Of a stretch of DNA of 28,917 bases, positions 25,595 to 28,917 are shown in pieces. Numbering within the stretch: position 1 is the stretch's first letter; each line of letters starts with the position of its first letter. The notes under the pieces were generated by a model. It had not been told where the DNA came from. It worked only from the letters and a program-made list of their open reading frames with translations, and did no database searches. The position numbers and the translations under genes were made by a program. This DNA is from a virus (taxonomy: Duplodnaviria > Caudoviricetes). The stretch covers positions 1 through 28,917 of IMG/VR virus record IMGVR_UViG_3300033412_000052, one strand, 5' to 3'.

Positions 25595-25818
25595 GCCCGC
25601 GACCATTTCCAGTGATTGCGCATATAGACCATCCACAGTGCCAAATTCATCGGCAGGAAGCCCCACGCCCCCGCCAGGATGATCCAGAACAGCCAAAGCG
25701 CCTGATTGCCAAGCCCGACCAACCACGCCCGCGGATGCTTATTGCCGGCCAGCAACGTCATCCAAATGGTAATGGCCGACAACAACCACGGCAGATAGGT
25801 CCGGACCGCATCGCTCAC
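25591..25818 (-). CDS. Small 3-TM protein resembling half of a PnuC/nicotinamide riboside transporter (75 aa)
   Basis: L.W....I.I....L.G.K...AW.VG...Q.LW.......G.WG......L......RN..KW pattern. GTGA overlap with the portal stop. Confidence 0.6.
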   Translation of the reverse strand: MSDAVRTYLPWLLSAITIWMTLLAGNKHPRAWLVGLGNQALWLFWIILAGAWGFLPMNLALWMVYMRNHWKWSRA

Positions 25819-28196
25819 TTGCCACCCGCAGGTTGCTTGTTCGGATCGGCGATCGGCGTCCGCGCCAGCACATGCCCCTGCACCCGCTTGTGGAAGGCCG
25901 AGGCCAGATCGTGATGCGCGCCGGCGAGCGCGCCGACCCGGTTTGTGTGCATCTTATCGAGCGACTCCATGTACTTCGTCCGCGCGTTCACCGCCTCGAT
26001 CGAGCGAGACGCCGCGTCATGGTGGATATTCGCCACCTCGCGCGCCGCCTTGGCATGCGTCAGAACCGTATCCGCATCGGCCTTCTTGGCGTCGATCAGC
26101 AATTTGCCGCGCTGCAGCGCGTTGTCGTGCTGCATGTTCTGCGCGATCGCCACATCATAGGCCGCCGTCGCCGTCGCGGTGCCGGCCTTGGCGTTGTTGA
26201 AGTTCGCCACCGAGTCGTTTTTCGAGACCTCGGAGAGCAATTTGGCGAGCGTCAGTTCCTTGATCTGCTGCTGCTCCTGCTGTTTCTGCGGATCGGACTG
26301 CGCCGCCAGGATGATCCGCTTGATGCCGGCCACCAGTTGCGACGGCAGCGGCGAATATTCCAGCACCATCGCCAGCACGTCCGGCTGCGCCATCAACTGA
26401 TCTTTGAACACCGCCAACATCGGCTGGATGATCGCCCAATTCGCCTCTTTCTGGTTCGGCGACGTCGGCGCGTCGTCGACCACGACATCGTATTCGCCGG
26501 CCGTCACGTCCTTGGCCAACTGGACCTTGCCGGAATACTGCTGCCCGACGATGCGGATGATCCGCCCATCGCTGAGCCTGGTCTGGATGATATAGAGCCG
26601 CTGGCGCCCGACAATCTTCCGATACCGACGGAGCGAATCGAACAGCGTCGCCAGCACCGTCATGCCGGCCTGTTTGCGCATGTTCTCGACAATGCCGGGA
26701 TTCTGCATGTCCTGTTGCCCGAGCAGTTCGGCATTGATGCCGGTCACGTCCTTGATCGCCGACACCGCATATTGTAGCAACTGCACATAGGCCGAGGCAT
26801 CCCCGCGACCAGGCTTTTCCATGATCTTCGGCTTTTGCCCCTGCGACAGCGCGCCGGTTTTCAGCCAAGTGATCACGTCCGCTTGCGCGTAACTCTCCTC
26901 CGCCTCGACCTGATCATCAAACGCGTCGACTTCGGCCAGGATACCGCCCTTGGCCGTCGAATTCATGATGTGCATCACCTGCGACATGAACTTGTTGGCC
27001 CACATCTGCGGATCGCGCATCACGCGCGTAAGGCCAAACCACTCCCGTTTCTTGGCGTCCCACTCGCCGGTGATCACAGCCCATGAGAATTGATCTTTGA
27101 GCGGCGCCGGACCGATCTCCCCGAGCAACTCGTTGCCGAGGAAGGCCTGCTTGTAGACCTGACGCGTCAACCGCACAGCCTCCGGCGGCTGCATGCCCAA
27201 CAGGATCATCCGGCGCGACAGGAGCCGATACTCGCGCGGCGAGAGCTCCATTTTGGTATTCGTCTGCTCGTCGGCGACCAGATAATAGGGCTCGCGCTCT
27301 ATCCACTGCATGTGGACGATCGTAACCTCGTTCGTGTCATCCCAATCGAGATACGAATTCTTGCCGTCCCGAACGCGCTTTTCCTCGATCGAGCGCGGGC
27401 CCGCGTCCATGTAAATCCCGATGTCCGCCCAGGACGCATCAAGCTGGCGCTTGTTCTTGCCCGGGAACATCTGCATCGCGTCCGACAGCGGCATGCGCTT
27501 GCACCGCCACATCCGCCGCGCGTCGGTCAGGTTCTTCTTGCGCGCCGTCCGGTCCCAGCCGAATTCACGGCAATCGAACATCTCCTCGATGTATTCCCCG
27601 ATCGATTTTCGCTCATAGGAGAACCGGGCTTCCGTCACGCCGATGCCGGCGATAGCGCATTGCTGGAACGCTTGCGACTGCTCGTCCTCCGCGTCGCACC
27701 GCTGCCCCATCCATTTCGATGTTCCGGACAGGATCTCCGAAATCATCGTGTCATCGTTCTCTTCCGGCAAAAACTGGATTTCGTGCCGGCCGTTGATCTC
27801 CATGCCGGCAACCGCCTTCAAGATCGTCAGGCACCGGTTGAAAACGATGTGCGGCCGCTGCTGCGAGTCCAGAAGCGCCTTGTCATCCTCGCTCAACTGC
27901 TCGCCGGCGACGAACCCAAAATTCTCCGTGGCGTGCCGACGCCACTCCGCCGAATAGTCAGCATCCGCCCACCACCAGCGCTGCAGGATGGCGAAGGCGT
28001 CCTTCGGCCCCATCTTGCTGACCGGTCGCGCCTGGATGTCGTCCGCATCCTGCCCTTTGCCGACCGTATCGCTTTCGCTATTCCAGTCATCGCCCTCGTC
28101 GCGCAGATCGCCGCGGCCCTCGCCAGTGAAATATTCATCACTGCCCTCGTCGTCGTCATAATCGACGTCGCCGACCATTTCCCGGACCGCAGCCAT
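25815..28196 (-). CDS. Portal protein, P22-like (793 aa)
   Basis: F..G.Q......L..Q.RP...FN......V.G.E...R, GIG..E, FGL.R.MRDPQ...NK..S, I..VTGIN.ELLG, LFDSLR, YDVVVD.APTSP.Q, long C-terminal helical barrel. Confidence 0.92.
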   Translation of the reverse strand: MAAVREMVGDVDYDDDEGSDEYFTGEGRGDLRDEGDDWNSESDTVGKGQDADDIQARPVSKMGPKDAFAILQRWWWADADYSAEWRRHATENFGFVAGEQLSEDDKALLDSQQRPHIVFNRCLTILKAVAGMEINGRHEIQFLPEENDDTMISEILSGTSKWMGQRCDAEDEQSQAFQQCAIAGIGVTEARFSYERKSIGEYIEEMFDCREFGWDRTARKKNLTDARRMWRCKRMPLSDAMQMFPGKNKRQLDASWADIGIYMDAGPRSIEEKRVRDGKNSYLDWDDTNEVTIVHMQWIEREPYYLVADEQTNTKMELSPREYRLLSRRMILLGMQPPEAVRLTRQVYKQAFLGNELLGEIGPAPLKDQFSWAVITGEWDAKKREWFGLTRVMRDPQMWANKFMSQVMHIMNSTAKGGILAEVDAFDDQVEAEESYAQADVITWLKTGALSQGQKPKIMEKPGRGDASAYVQLLQYAVSAIKDVTGINAELLGQQDMQNPGIVENMRKQAGMTVLATLFDSLRRYRKIVGRQRLYIIQTRLSDGRIIRIVGQQYSGKVQLAKDVTAGEYDVVVDDAPTSPNQKEANWAIIQPMLAVFKDQLMAQPDVLAMVLEYSPLPSQLVAGIKRIILAAQSDPQKQQEQQQIKELTLAKLLSEVSKNDSVANFNNAKAGTATATAAYDVAIAQNMQHDNALQRGKLLIDAKKADADTVLTHAKAAREVANIHHDAASRSIEAVNARTKYMESLDKMHTNRVGALAGAHHDLASAFHKRVQGHVLARTPIADPNKQPAGGK

Positions 28197-28204
28197 CTAT
28201 CGCC

Positions 28205-28720
28205 TCACTTCTTTTTGGACTTGCCCCGCGCAGGCCCGGACACCCCGTCGACCGCCACGCGCACATCGCGCAGTCGCATTTCGAAATCTTGGAGAATCGA
28301 AATAAGCGATACTCGCGGCGGCTCAAATTCCCCCAGTACGATTTTCGACACCGCGGCGATCTCCGCCTCGAGCTCGCCGACGCGCGTGTGCAGCGCCGTG
28401 ATCGTGCCTCGGAGCCCCTCCGCAACCGCGCGGCCATCCTCGATCGGCTCCCAAGCATGATGCTCCTGCCCGACGCCGTATTGTTCGACCAAGGTCTCGT
28501 CGATCATGTCCCCGGCATCGATCATCACCAGAAGCGACAGCCGACGGCCATTCTCCTGCGCCATCACGAAAGCCGGAAAGGCCGTACGCCCCTGCCGGCC
28601 GTGACCAGGCCGCATGTGATAGAGCACCACCGAGCCCACGGAGGGCAAAGGCGGCGCCCCCAATGGCGGATGAATTCGCTCCGCCGCTTCCGGATTTACA
28701 CTCGAGAGAAGATGGCCCAT
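28205..28720 (-). CDS. Hypothetical phage protein (171 aa), SH3-like N-terminal part + coiled coil
   Basis: ATG 28720 with GGAG RBS. PSVG.VVLY......G....PA.V......L.L.V motif. Directly upstream of the portal. Confidence 0.7.
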   Translation of the reverse strand: MGHLLSSVNPEAAERIHPPLGAPPLPSVGSVVLYHMRPGHGRQGRTAFPAFVMAQENGRRLSLLVMIDAGDMIDETLVEQYGVGQEHHAWEPIEDGRAVAEGLRGTITALHTRVGELEAEIAAVSKIVLGEFEPPRVSLISILQDFEMRLRDVRVAVDGVSGPARGKSKKK

Positions 28721-28789
28721 TTGATGCTCCGTTTGATGCGATCTCGCTAGACATAGCCGAAAACACAAACGGAACCAACCCCATCACCT

Positions 28790-28917
28790 CTAAGCCAGGA
28801 AAGGGACCATCAATACGGCGTATCCAACGGTAGCGCTGCTGGCGTAGTTGCCAACGAGGTAATATCCGTCGTCCCGCATCGCATATTCGTATACCAGATG
28901 ATTGAGGGAAGAGGATC
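28790..28917 (-). CDS. Possible 3' end of an upstream gene (partial)
   Basis: Open frame ...NHLVYEYAMRDDGYYLVGNYASSATVGYAVLMVPFLA* runs from the window edge to TAG at 28790-28792. Confidence 0.35.
   Translation of the reverse strand, partial: SSSLNHLVYEYAMRDDGYYLVGNYASSATVGYAVLMVPFLA

Noticed and set aside
2409-25726. Extended 5' ends in the ORF track (3482, 3565, 7411, 12410, 15888, 23503, 23897, 25292, 25726)
   Set aside because: They overlap upstream genes; downstream starts have an RBS or stop-start coupling and give coherent proteins.
4288-28460. Long plus-strand ORFs (e.g. 4288-5562, 9313-10905, 12503-13558, 14231-15385, 21445-22755, 27090-28460)
   Set aside because: Arg/Pro-rich antisense shadows of well-supported minus-strand genes, expected in high-GC DNA; no recognisable motifs.
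1-28917. CRISPR array, tRNA/rRNA, integrase/att site, terminase
   Set aside because: None recognisable by eye; prophage versus free phage cannot be decided from this window.

Overview
GC-rich late (morphogenesis and lysis) region of a podovirus-like tailed phage or prophage, probably infecting an alphaproteobacterium (Rhizobiales-like; this is inferred from gene content and composition only). Almost every real gene is on the minus strand and tightly coupled by ATGA/TGATG overlaps. In transcription order: P22-like portal, small PnuC-like membrane protein, scaffold, an accessory insert containing an Acb2-like anti-CBASS sponge, DUF4043/N4-gp56-type major capsid protein, head accessory proteins, adaptor, nozzle, an LPD23 + metallopeptidase polyvalent protein, a GNAT-like protein, three ejection proteins flanked by two free-standing HNH-AP2 endonucleases, a virion transglycosylase, tail fibre, tailspike, TIGR02594-type endolysin and an expanded set of small membrane/lysis genes. 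The most striking feature is that four apparent virion surface proteins (tailspike, tail-collar fibre and two head-module proteins) start with classical cleavable signal peptides and carry even numbers of paired cysteines, while the core capsid, adaptor and ejection proteins have no signal peptide and are mostly Cys-poor. This suggests export and disulfide folding in the periplasm, with loading onto the virion at lysis. All family calls come from motif recognition by eye; no searches were run. No terminase, integrase, RNA gene or CRISPR array was seen.
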